DNA from: Camelus dromedarius
Lineage: Eukaryota
Assembly (NCBI RefSeq): GCF_036321535.1
Contig: NC_087436.1
Span: forward strand, 4,650,001 to 4,714,000
Reading direction: 5' to 3'
DNA length: 64,000 nucleotides
Under the pieces are notes generated by a model. That model was not told where the DNA came from. It saw only the letters and a program-made list of their open reading frames with translations, and did no database searches. Made by a program: the position numbers and the translations under genes. Every line of letters begins with the position of its first letter. Within the stretch, counting starts at the first letter, position 1. This document shows positions 51,924 to 64,000 of this stretch, piece by piece.

Positions 51924-54900
51924 AAAGACAGCAGTTGAGGTTGTAAAACTGGGGCAATTTAAATGTTTGTGTTGCTGTGTTTTACCTCATAAAACGCATA
52001 ATCGGCAAACCAAAAATGCGGGCCAAACCAGCTATGGGCATTTATTGACCAAGGAGAAGCTCTCACGGAGGGAAATCAAAAAAACGTAATTAAGGAAATT
52101 GGTTTCTCAGAATTAAAGGGACGATTCTTACAAATAATTGTGGTTCTAGAATCACCTCTAATTGACACTCAGCTAACTCACCTGGCAGAAAGTCTCCTTG
52201 GTTCTTATCTCTCCTCTCGCTTTGTATCACTTTGAATCAAAATGCAGTTGGAATGGGATTTGGGAGGTAGAGACGTCTTGTCTTTGTTGAAGTTTATAAA
52301 TGGCAGATGAAGCTGTTTTAAACAGAAATGATAATCGATGAAAATGACAAAATAAAACACCAGAAAATATCTCCTGGCGAAGAAATGAGTGCTGCAAGGA
52401 TTCAAATTCAATAAAGCACAAATGCTAACCATTTATTCACAGGAACAACTTTTGAGAAATTACTAGAATTCATTGTATTAACAAATAAACTGGAGAATGT
52501 ACATTATGGTGTCTGAAGGGCGCCATCTCTTGACTCGATTAAGGAATTACATGTATCTCTGCTTGGAGCCTTTTAGAGTTGCTGTGGTCATGTTTTATAG
52601 ATAACATCGCTACTAACTAGTAACATGGTTATGTGTGTTGCGTATATTTTCTTGGAAACTCAGGACTCTGAGTTAAAACTAGTCTTATATGGAAGCAAAC
52701 TAAGAGACTTCAAGGGATGTAAGTGAAGGTCTGGAAAGACGTCCCCAACCATCAAGTTACAGATTTCAATCCTACGATGGATGAATTTCTCCCTTAATAA
52801 AGATCTCTTCTTCAGGGTTAATTATGACCTTGGTAACAGTCTGAAAACCCGGCATCCTCTCACTCATCTGTCCTCCCTCCCTTCCCTTGCTGGTCCTCCC
52901 TTCCTTCTTCTCAGCATCTTTCTGCAGCATTGTGCAGGTGACACAACAGTGTCCTGTCCCGTCACTTACTCACTATTAGAACTTCTTGGGTGGAGTCCTT
53001 AGCAGAGTTCAGAGCAGGGCAGGTGGGGACAGGGGTGCCCTGGGGGCGACATCCGGGGAGGGAAATCAAGACAAAGACAGAGAGCCTCGAAAGCTGTATT
53101 TTATCCACATCCCAATTTAACCGAGGCTCAGGCGTAAGTAGAAATTTTCTTACCAATGACGTCATGTTTTCTCTTCTCTCTTCTTGACTCTATTACTTCC
53201 GTATTAGTGCAAAGAGGGGAAAGAGTGGAACAGGTAGAAAGGAAAGACCGCTCCTTCCTTGTTGGCCTCTGCTAGACAGAGAATGATATTAAAGAGCACC
53301 TTGTCTTTGCTCAGTTGTCCTCTCTTCTGTGACTTTCAAACATGGTGCTTGCAGCCCGGTGCTGGCCCTGCTCTGATACCCACCACCTCTCTTCTACTTT
53401 GGAATGAATGTCCCGACATCTCTTCTTTTTCTCCTTATCTCCTCAGTTTCAAGCATGCTTCCCGGTCAGCTCCACCCCATTGGCGACTTTTAGTAAATTC
53501 AAGCCGCATTTTTGTCTAGCGAGGACACCCCGCCCCGCGTTTGCCTTCCTCGTCCCCGCTGGGACTCAGAGCCCTGCATCCTTGTCATCTCAGGCCCCTA
53601 AGATTTCTCATTAAGGACCACAACCTCCCACCTCTTCCTTGTGCCTCCCCCACCCACAGCCCTGGATTTGCACAGTGAGTGCACTTGGCAAAAGACAGAT
53701 CATCAGATTTCTCCCTTCACCACTCCTTAACGTGCACGCAAACATAAAGGCTGGGGACTCCGTGACAAAACCAAATCCAGTGAGCATCTAGAGAGTTCTG
53801 GACAATTGTCACCTACCACCCTTGCCCAAGTAGCACCCACCACAGAAAGCCACTCATGAGTCCTGATTAAATGTAAAAGATGAAGGAAAGAGAGCAGATG
53901 GGGAAAACACTTTCTCTGACTTTGCTTTTGAATCCAGAGCATGAGCAACATTAAGAATTTTATGTAGTATCTAGAGACATATATTCTGGTCCAGTGTCCG
54001 TTGTACAAACACATTTTTATTCTGTTCTTCAAAAAATCTTATTTTTTTATAAAAATTTTGATCTGATTGAATTAGCATATATCTAAAGATATAAAAAAGG
54101 TCCTCTTTAGCTACGACTTTTAAATTCAGCTCTGAATTAAAATTAATAAATTCTTTCTATTTGGGGCAATGCATTAACTGTTAATAGTGATGCAATTTCT
54201 TTTTGATTTAGACAGATTTGATAGAGAGTACAGAGTCTGCAAAGAAGACAGGGTAGAGGATACTTCTGCTTTTATTGGAGGTAGACATTTTTCTTAATCA
54301 TCTTGGAAAGAAAAACAAAGCAAACTCACAACTTAATAAATAAATAATTAGTAATAAATAATAAATAATTCAGTGCTCTTAATAAATAATTCAGTGCTGT
54401 CTTACTTTGGGTTTGTAAGAACACAAAATCAGAACTTTTTCTGTTATGTCATAACGATTTTCTGTTATGCTTTGTGGATTAGTGTCGTGTGTTCATGACA
54501 ATATATAAAATACTTTTTAATAAAATACTAAGTGGAAGAAATTAGCCACTGCATCATATCTATACGAGGCAAATGGTTCACAGATCTGAAATGACAGCAT
54601 TTAGTGCAGAAAGGGAGCTTGTGTTACTAGAAGTCCGGCCCTTCTGCCACCCCCACTTCACACATTTAACAGCAGAGGAGGCTCAGACAGGAGGAGAAAA
54701 CATAGAGTCCACGAAGGCAGGGCTCTGCCTGTTTTTGGTTGATCTACCCAACTGGGTAGAAAAATATTTGGCAGATTGGAGGCAGTCAATAAATATTTGT
54801 TGATTGAATGAAAAGTTTGTCCTAACCTTGTATTTTTTCATTATGCACACTCTATCATGACATAATAAAATTACTGTAATTTTTCCAAACTTGTATTTTG

Positions 54901-55710
54901 AAAAGTGCAAACTTACAGAAAGTTGACAAAACTGAGTGATGAACCCCTATATATGCCATACTGTGATTGTCTAATTTTTATTGTTTTCCCACATTTCCTT
55001 TGTCTTCACGTCTAAATGAACCATCCTCGTATTGCTTAAGGAAAAGGTTGTCCTCTTATGGAAATATATAAAAATCTCACTCAGAAAACTTAGTTTTGAT
55101 ACAGCACCATTATTTAGCATATATTCCGTACTGAATATTTCCAGATTCTCCTCAATCAAACCTTATGTTTTATGTCCCAATCCAAAATCCCATCAAGGAT
55201 GTGGACTACACACCCCTGTCATTTCTGTTTATTCACTTTAAATCCAGAACGGTTCCCTAGCCATTAATTTATTCTTGTTTTTTTGTCTTCTCATTACACT
55301 GCTATTTTTGAAGACTCCCTGTCAGGCGTTTTGCAGAATGCTCCTTGATTCGGGGTTGTCCGGTTCCTGCGTCATAATCAGGCTCAGGTCAAGTGTCTGA
55401 GGTCCCTGGAGAACCATGCAGGCGACGTGTGTCCTCAAGAGGCTGTGACCTCACTTTCCCCTACTGTTGGTAACAGTTAAGTCTTATCTCCTGGCGTAGG
55501 TGGTCAGTCTGAGTTCTCCTTTGTAAATGTGCCTTTTCCCTTTTGTAATTAATAAGTAATCATTGTGATTAGAGTATCTTTTTCCCAACCTTTCACCCAG
55601 TGATTTTAGCATAAATCACTGAATCCTATCTGAATCAGTAATTGTTATGACCTTCACAAAAGCATGCTATTCTCCATCTTCCTTCTGTATTTTTGTTGGC
55701 ACTCGTCTGT

Positions 55711-55870
55711 ACAGGGAAATATACCCAAAATGTTATGATAACTCAGAGAGAAAAAAATGTGACAATGAGTGTGTATATGTCCACGAATGACTGAAAAATT
55801 GTGCTGAACACTAGAATTTGACACAACATTGTAAAATGATTATAAATCAATAAAAAATGTTATAAAAAAA
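55711..55870 (+). mobile_element. Short L1 3' end with poly(A), inside an older antisense L1 (about 54850-55710)
   Basis: acagggaaatatacccaaaatgttatgataac...tataaatcaataaaaaatgttataaaaaaa. Confidence 0.7.
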
Positions 55871-57286
55871 GAGCTTAACTTCTGATCTCTCTTATTTTTT
55901 AAATTAATGAATTATTTTATTAATCTGTACATTAAAACTTATCCCCGTGATTGCTATTTTAAACAGTTCTTTAAATTGGCACCCTTTCTGGAGGGACTAA
56001 CGGAAATAAGTTTACTGTTTCTACTACTGTCAGATTTTTCACAGTTAGCTATTAAAAGTTCGTAACTCAAAACATGAATCTTAGAGGAAAAGCATTGTTA
56101 CTTTGATGATATAAACTTGCGATGCTTTCCACTCGAATCATTCAGTTCCAATCACCAAAATACTCAGCTGTGGAAGAGAAGGTCTGGTTTACGATCATTT
56201 TAGCGATCAGTTATTTGGGTGGCTATTTATAAAAAGTGGGGTAAAACAACATGCAGACATGCTAACTTTTGGATTTTCCCTTTAAGTAACTCAATTTCCT
56301 TCACTATGTTTATTTCATACTTTTTTAGCAGATAATCTAGAAACAAAACTTCTTGAGTCAACACGAAGGTGACCCCCAGACTTTCTGTTTATCCTGTTTC
56401 TGAGTGTCTTCAATAAGGTGTTGGACTTGTTAGCCAAACAGAATCGCTCTGATTTGTGTTTTCATGGGCTGACTGAATGAATGTTCATCCTTGGACCTTT
56501 AAGTACAGGAAGCAACTGTCTGGTAACACATATGGGAGAAATATACACAGGAAAATGTACATATCTGTAACACCCTCATTAGCGGACGTATATTAAATGA
56601 ACATCGGATATAGCCTAACTGTTTACACATTCAAAAAGCCCACCCCAGCTGGTGTGTTCAGCCTTCTGAGAATGAAAGCCCTGGGGATCCTGCCTGCGCG
56701 CTCCCCGCTCCAGTCTCTGCTGGAACCGGCTATTGGCCGGGGCTGTGGGAGGTTTCTGTTTGCCCTCCTGCTGCCACACCATCAGGGAAACAGCCTCTGT
56801 TTAAACACCTCTGCGGTATTCCTCATGGTATTGAAAATGTTCCTGTAATTGGCCTAGGTAGGGGGAAGGACTCCACTAATGCTTAACCTGCAGGCCCCGG
56901 AGGTTGCAAAATCCTGTGTCTGCACCGTACATGACACAGTGGGTCAAGGTTGCCGGGAAAGGGTCAAGTTACCCAAACATTCTACTGGCACTTTTATGTT
57001 CCTGTCTGTTTTCTCAGCTCTGAACTCTTACCTGTTTGTGCCACAGGACATTTGGGGGAAATGGGCCTGCCTTCCAACTACTTAGAACTTGATTTGCCAT
57101 CATTTTCCTACCTCTGGGGACTACACTAAAGAAGGATTAGAAGTTGTGTGCTCAGTGCATCTTCCAAAAAGAAAGCGAAGTGAACTCCAAGGTGGCACAT
57201 GTTTAAGGTGGAACATTCCAGAGGCACAGACCGTCAGAGATCATGTAACGTAAATGACTGAGTTTTCCCATGTGGATTTCACACGC

Positions 57287-57735
57287 TGCAGTGGGATGAG
57301 CAGTGTTCCCCCACACTCAGGTCCCCCCACAGGACCTCAGATGTGACCTTATTTGGAAGCAGAGTCTCTGGCAACGTGATTAGTGAAGTATCTCAAGGTG
57401 AAGTAGTCTTGGATTTGGGGTGGGTCCCAAGTCCAGTGACTGCTGTCTTTACAGAGAACAGAGAAGGAGATTTGGACACGGACTTGCAGAGAACACAGCT
57501 GTGTGGAGATGGAGGAGCGACTGGAGTGATGCTCTCATTAGTCAGGGAGCTCCGCGAGCCACCAGATGCTGGGAGAAGCTGGGAGAACCTTCCCTGGAGC
57601 CTGGGGGAGTGTGGTCCCGGCAGCACCCGCATTTAGGACTTTGGGAGAACTGGAGGAGAATACATTTATTTCTATTGTTGTAAGCCGTCACACTTGGGGT
57701 AAATCGGTATAGCAGGAAACGAGGAAACGAGGCCA
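57287..57735 (+). mobile_element. MLT1 (MaLR) solo LTR
   Basis: acctcagatgtgaccttatttggaa...gccaccagatgctgggaga...ttgttgtaagcc. Confidence 0.8.
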
Positions 57736-58099
57736 CACACTGGAGGGAAATGAGGTGTATTTTTAACTGAGGTTTTGCTAAAAGCTGTGGGTTTCCTTGG
57801 CAACAGAAAGGAATCTGAAGCCTGATGACAGAGTCTAGTTTTCAAAAGTGAGTTTCTGTGGGAGATGGAATTTTTCCGCAGCTCTATGCAGAATACATAT
57901 GACCATGAGGAAGAGTTCCAGCACAGAGGCAGAAGGTGGCAGAAATAATTCATGAAATCTGTGTCACCACGTAAGGCCCAAATCTTTGTCATGTTTACAG
58001 CAGGTCAAAAATCATGGGCAATATTTTTACGCTGTACTTGGGTTTAGCGTTAAATTCCTGGGGATAACTGTCTTCATCCAATGAAGACAGAGTACCTCA

Positions 58100-59870
58100 C
58101 GTGGTCCAGACGTGCTTCGAGCTGAATAGGCTGCATCCACGAGCAAGACAGAGATGCTGATTTTGTGGATCTGCTAGTTTGGCAGGAGGGGACAATAAAC
58201 CTACTCAGCAAGCAGTTACCTGATGAGTTACAGAGTGAAATGTGCTAGAAAAAGAAAAGGAAGTAAAACGTGGCAGGAGAGGTCAAGGGTGCTCAGTCTG
58301 AGGAGACGGCATGGATTATGGTAACGAATGAGGTGATCAGTGCAGGCGTCCTTGGGAAGGTGAAATGCAAACAGAGTCTTGAAGGCAGGAAAGGAGTTAC
58401 TCAAGGAGAGAAGGACGTTCCAGCCACTGCGTAGCTACAGCCAAGGTCCCGGGTGGAAGCTCCTTGCTCCAGGGAGAAAGCAGAGATGAGAAGGCTGGTG
58501 GCGGACACACAATGCTGTGCTTGTAGGCCATTGTCAGGATTTCGTCTTTTATGTTTATGAGATAGAGAATTTTCACAAGTCTTTTAAAAAATGAGTGGCA
58601 TGGTCTAATTTGCATTAATTCTCCCTTAAGGTACAGAGACTTTGTGAGGAGAGGAACAGGTGGTGAGTGGGTGATGGAAAATGTGCAAGATGTTATTAGA
58701 TTCTTCATACATATTTGAAGGTCGAGCCGAAAGGGTTTCCTTGTGAATTGCACGTGAGTTGTAAGAAAGAGATCAGAGTTGAGGATGATGTGAGGATTTT
58801 TGACCTGAGCAACTAGAAGGATGGAATTGCTCCCACTGAGATCAAGAAGGCTTCCTGTAGAGTAGATGTTGTGGACAGGGAAAGCCCAGCTCTGTTCTGG
58901 ATCTGCTGAGTTTGCAATGTCTACGAGACATCCATGTAGAGATGTTGAGTAGGCATTTGAGGACTGGAGTCTGGAGTTCAGAAAGGAGGTCTGGGCTGGA
59001 GATAGACATCGGCAATCAGTGGCAGATGGGTGGTATTTAAGGCCATGAGAATGAGTCACCCAGGCAGGGAGCTTCTCTAGAGAAGATAGGGTGGCCCCCG
59101 AATCTCCAATTTTAAAATTTGTGGGGACAGGGAAAGGCCAACAGGGGTGACCAGTGAGAGTGAGATAATCTTGATGCCAAATGAGGAAAGCTAATCCTGC
59201 TGAGAGAGTGACAAACTGTGTCAGATGCTGCTGATGGTTCCGGCAAGATGAGGCGTGAACACTGACCCCTGAGTTTAGCAACGCGGCAACTCTAGAGAAG
59301 CGATGGGGCTACCATTCCAGTAGTGCCGAGAGAATTCAAGGAGAAAAGATGAGACAGTGCACATCACCAACTCTCTTGGGAACTTTTAGTTTCAGAACAA
59401 TGAAAACAGTGAAGACACGCAAGGTGTGATGGATAAAAATTCTCATACGTTTCAGAAATAATAGCACGCTTGAAAGCTTACAGGTACCACACACAGGAGT
59501 GAGAACGTGAGGATGTGGGAGAAAGAGGGCTTGACAGTTGGAGCAAAGTTTGTGAGGAGTCAGGGTGGATGACGACGGAACATGCATGTGGAGAGGCTGG
59601 TAGGACTCTGGTCTGGGCAGCAAGGGGCGGGGACAGAGTGCGTGGGAAGACACGTCAGGAGGGATGGAAGTCAAAACGGAAATACTCCTCTGAGTGTTTC
59701 AGATTTCTCAGTGAACATGTGATTAAAATCATCAGCTGAGATTATAAATGGGGCAGGATAGAGAGAGGGGCAGACGGCTGAGAGAGAGGGGTAGAACGGA
59801 TGGTCTGGGAATGCATCGTCTGATGTTCCCGCAACGTGCACAGACCACCTGAGGTTCAGGGCTGTGATTC
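58100..59870 (-). mobile_element. Long L2 relic including RT-domain remnant
   Basis: ORF 58397..59281 contains HSHGLKYH and NSILLVAQVKNPHIILNSDLFLTTHVQ, resembling L2 ORF2. Confidence 0.8.
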
Positions 59871-59901
59871 TGAAGTGAATCCAGTGGCATGGCACTAGTA
59901 C

Positions 59902-60420
59902 TGTAACCCCCAAAAGAAGAGGAAAGACCCCAGCTCTTGTCACACTTGAAAGATACAATTACAGTCAGGAGCCGGTGTATTGTGTAGCGAAAGATTTATT
60001 CAGGAAAGGAAAAGTGCACCTGGAAGAACGGGAGGCGGGCTGATCCGAGAGGGGGAAAGGGTGGTTTCTGTCCCCCCCCCCATACCCTGGCTTAGAGGGG
60101 GGTCTCTTGCTTGATTGGCAGCTCTTGCCCCTGGAGTGCTCAGCCGTGTTTGCCCCTTGGCGCTTGTCCTTAGCCATGGTGCACGCAGAGAAGCCCGTGG
60201 AGGGGGTGGGGCCAAGCCGCGGTGTTCACTATAATACAGTGAGCACTGGGTCATGTGTGCTCAGGTCCTTGTCACCACCGTACAGTTGTGACTGTCGGGT
60301 TCTAACCGGTTTCTTGCTGGCACTCGTTTCTTGCTGGAGGCTGGAATAACACCATCTTCTGGACCCTCCTCCCTCTCCTCCTCCTGTCTGCCCGGTGCCC
60401 CACTCATCTAACTACCTAAA
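59902..60420 (-). mobile_element. Solo LTR
   Basis: Starts TGTAAC, tttatt near 59996, degenerate flanks GTAC/GTAT. Confidence 0.55.
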
Positions 60421-60690
60421 GTATGCGACACAGTTGTCATTTTAAGTTCTTTTGTAGATGTAAAAAAGGAGAAAGAGGTGAAATTAATTTTAATAATCGA
60501 TCTTACGAAACAAAATAGTTCAAAGAGTTATTTGGACTGGTAATCAACGTAAGAAGTATTAAGGAGACATTTTTCCATTTTTCTACCAAATTTGGTGTAT
60601 GTTTCACACTCACATCTCTGTTTGGACCAAACACATTTCACGTGTCCAGTAGCCACAAGTGTCTAACAGCGACTGAGTTGGTGGTGCAGG
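60421..60690. mobile_element. MER33-like hAT relic
   Basis: ggtgaaattaattttaataat...cacatttcacgtgtccagtagccacaagtg. Confidence 0.65.
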
Positions 60691-61505
60691 CGTAGTGACG
60701 ACTGCAGGAGAGGCTGACTGCGGGAGTGGGTTCAAGATCGTGAGACAGGAAGGAGAGGCTGGGGAACTGGACCGCCAGGCTGCTGGTGGGATCCACAGAA
60801 CATTTTGAGGGCACACAGAGGAGGGCTTTTGACGAGAATGACAGTAGTCAGGTAGGTGAAGTCACTGAGAAACAGGAGAGGGTGGAGGAGGATTCTGAGC
60901 AAAGACCCCTTGAGGAGAAAGGAGGCCTTTAGGAAGAAAGGAAGAAGGGTCTGAAAACAGGAATAAAGAAGTGAGTGGACTGTCCCTCGCTCCCCGTGGT
61001 ACAGGGCTCGGGGGAGAAAGCGGCACGTTGGAGGGGACTCCTTTGGGGGTGCGTATCCTGGGGGAGGTTTTCAGCAGCGTGAAACCGACCAGTCCAGTGA
61101 GACTTACCGGTTTGCTTGCAGCTCTTCGGAAGGGATGTGTCTTTGCTGGGGGGAAAATATCGCATAATAGAAATTGACAAATACACACGTATTTACATTT
61201 TTCAGTGGAAGTAAAGAAAGATTTGCCTAAATTTACAATATTAAAGACAACTGATTTCTAGACATGGGAAAATCGAGGGCACGTAAGACCCAGTGACTGG
61301 TTCTTTCTGGGAAGTGGAGCCCTGGTAACTTTCATTCTTGGCTTGGTGCCTGCTTGTGCTGATACTGTGTTACAACATGACGTTCTTGTTTGAATAAAGA
61401 AAAAGGCAGAGACCTATTCTTTCCTGGAGGTCTTTTAATTTGATAGAACCTCTGTCCTGAAGAAAACATTGGATTTTCAAAAGAATCGCTAAGTGAACGA
61501 GATTG

Positions 61506-61508
<3 letters not shown>

Positions 61509-61552
<44 letters not shown>
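61509..61552. repeat. (TG)22 microsatellite
   Basis: Directly visible perfect repeat. Confidence 0.97.
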
Positions 61553-61556
<4 letters not shown>

Positions 61557-63589
61557 GTTAAATGTTGAGTTAGGTGATAAGCAAATTTGGACAACCAAGG
61601 TGATCAAATAGTCAATAATGAAGGAAAGTCCAGATGTATATCACCTCAAATATGCTGCTTTGATAAAAAAAAAATTACATAAATGTAGAAAAAGCTCCCC
61701 ATTTTCTGTCTTGAGGCAGGAAACAAATTCTCCTTTTCCTGTATTCAGATCCTTATCAGCCCAGAGAAGTCACCAGAGGAGTCTGCAAACGAACCTGATT
61801 CCTCTCACCCTTACCTTCCCAGTTACTGCTTCACATTACCACCGCCAACCCCTCGGTCTTGTCAATTCTTCACACACTACTTGTTTCTTGGTCTAAAAAA
61901 TGTAAGAGCTGCCTGCTCTGGTTACTTCAAGGCTTCATTCTCTAATGAAGTCTCCCATGTACATGTACAAATCCAGCAACATCTGCGCACTTTTCTCCTC
62001 TTGGTCTTTGTCAGTTTCATTTTCAGACCCAGCCAGGGACCCTCAGAGGGTCGAGGGACACGTTTTCCTCCCCGAGGACATTGTCCTGAGCGCTCACTGA
62101 ACACGAAGCTGAAACCAGCCTCCACCAGGACAAACACATTTCTCAGCCCGGACACCAACGCAGGCGGCTAACACAGAGGGACTCCGTTGGTATAAGGTGT
62201 TCGCTCCCTCAAATCAGATATAATTCAACTTAACCAAAAGCTTATAATTGCTGTTCTTTTTCGGTCTGTTTTTACAGAACTGATGATTACAATTCATCAG
62301 GTTGGTTACACTCTGTCCACCAGTTTGAACAAATATCGAGATAATAATCTCTCACAGGAGCCAAAGTTAGTTTATTAATGGAAGGCAGGGTGACAGAGTA
62401 GAAACAGCATGGTGCTGGCAATGGACCCGCTCAACCACTAACTGGGCGCGTAGCCAGGAGAGGTCGCTAAGGTTCGGCTTCTCCTTCCCCACGGTCAGTG
62501 CAATGGTGTTTCATAAAGTCGTCCACGAATTAAACTAAGTAACGCGTCCGCTGCAGGGTGAACTCAATGCACGTTAACAATTACCGTTATGGATTAGCCC
62601 ATGTTGTCAATTAGGAATCACTTGTACAAGGTTTTTTTTTTTTTGCTGTAAGATTGACAATAATTATAATTACAAGCATATGCTCCTAATTGTTGGATAG
62701 AAAGATGTCTTCAATTTTCAAAGTCGTATACAGTCTTCAGTCTTTTTGTTTGTATGTTTGTTTGCTTGCTTTTTAGGGTCATTAAGAAAACCTATTTTTT
62801 TAGTGATCAAATCCATCCTGTAATAATATCATTAAACCAAATTCATAGAACTCATAGGGTCTCTCTTGAGTAGGATGAGTAAGTAAGTACCTGCTCCTTG
62901 GAGGATGTGAAATCTGCTCTCTGACGCAGAGAGAAAGCAAACACCTGTCAGAGGAATCTTGTAAGTAACAGAGGGTCCGAAGTCACAGGGAATCAGTTCC
63001 CTGTGGGCTGACAGCGCTGCGAGAAGACATCACGATAAAGGGAGGATGTCAGTCAGCCTTGAGAACAAAGGACTGCGTTCAGAGATGGTCCTTGTCATTT
63101 TGCACCATGTGATGACTTCCTGCGAAGCTGGGTGTTTTACTCGCTGCTGCAAAGGAAACGATGAACTCAGATTTTCCTTCCACGAACATGAGAGACTCCC
63201 ACTCCTCCAGCGAAGACCCCTGACCCACATGGTCCTCCTGCCTCTGGATGAAAACCCCGCTGCCCCATCACCCGTCCTGGAATGCTGTGTAATCACAGCA
63301 CGTCTCCTCCCTGTATTTCCTTTGTTTTACACGTTTGACACAGAAAAACTCTTCCACCAAAGATTTCCCAGGTGAGATGTCAAGACTCTGATGAGAGGAA
63401 AGCAGTATTTTGGATTTTCAGTACCCGATTCCCCAAATCAGTTCTATTTCATACTAATCCTTTGATATATTTCTGTGGCTTTTTAAAAAGACACTCCAGT
63501 CATCCAGCAAATTACAGGGTTTCAGGGGCTGTGTCAGGAGCTGGGGTCAAACACCAGATATTAGAACAAAAGCTGCTCTGAGTACTCTT

Positions 63590-63826
63590 TTTTTTTTTTT
63601 TTTTGATTTTTTGTTTGTTTGTTTGTTTTTGTTTTCATTTTTCTTTATTGAAGTACAGTCAGTTTCCAATGTGGCATCAATTTCTGGTGCACAGCATCAT
63701 GTACCAGTCAGACATATACACACCTAGATTCACTTCCATATTCTTTTTCGTTATAAGTTACTACAAGGTATTGAATCTAGTTCCCTGGGTCGTACAGTGG
63801 GTCCTTGTTGTTAATCCATTTTACCT
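63590..63826 (-). mobile_element. Short L1 3' UTR insertion with TSD
   Basis: Poly(T) tail; exact TSD agtactctt at 63581-63589 and 63827-63835. Confidence 0.88.
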
Positions 63827-64000
63827 AGTACTCTTGTCATTTAAGAATTACAAGGATGTCGAGAGCTCTGGGCAGAGACCAGCATATATTTTCTCCTATC
63901 TCACAGAACGTTGTTAAAGTCTAAGGGCTGGGAGTTCCAAGGCAGCTGGTGCAGGAGAAAAGGGAAACAGTGAGAGTCTTTGGTTTAAGTTTGGCTCTGT

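Noticed and set aside
52104..52112. TTCTCAGAA STAT-like site upstream of ASIC5
   Set aside because: Single short motif expected by chance
54335..54400. Short tandem duplication of taataaataattcagtgct
   Set aside because: Two adjacent copies without spacers; slippage, not a CRISPR-like array
52000..64000. Exons of the expected syntenic neighbour TDO2
   Set aside because: No TDO2-like coding sequence recognised; the gene probably starts beyond the window

Overview
Mammalian genomic DNA, most likely a camelid (Vic-1-like tRNA-derived SINEs). It holds two convergent protein-coding genes. On +, the last seven coding exons and 3' UTR of GUCY1B1 (soluble guanylate cyclase beta-1, 40-~9850), including a GC-AG intron. 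On -, a complete 10-exon ASIC5 (BASIC/BLINaC, ENaC/DEG family; CDS 51843->28111, 1518 nt = 505 aa + stop, all splice phases consistent). The rest is intron/intergenic sequence with L1, L2, MIR, LTR, hAT and SINE relics; repeat family names and orthologue comparisons are from recall, not a database search. Best leads: (1) a CAGCAG tandem acceptor that could delete exactly the ASIC5 degenerin-site residue Ala443; (2) sharp local GC/CpG peaks in two GUCY1B1 exons and in old repeats, suggesting GC-biased gene conversion; (3) one such peak heading a candidate two-exon intergenic transcript with a 121-aa spliced ORF; (4) a 15th extracellular cysteine, a GAG acceptor and an in-frame upstream ATG in ASIC5. 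No prokaryotic-type system is present.
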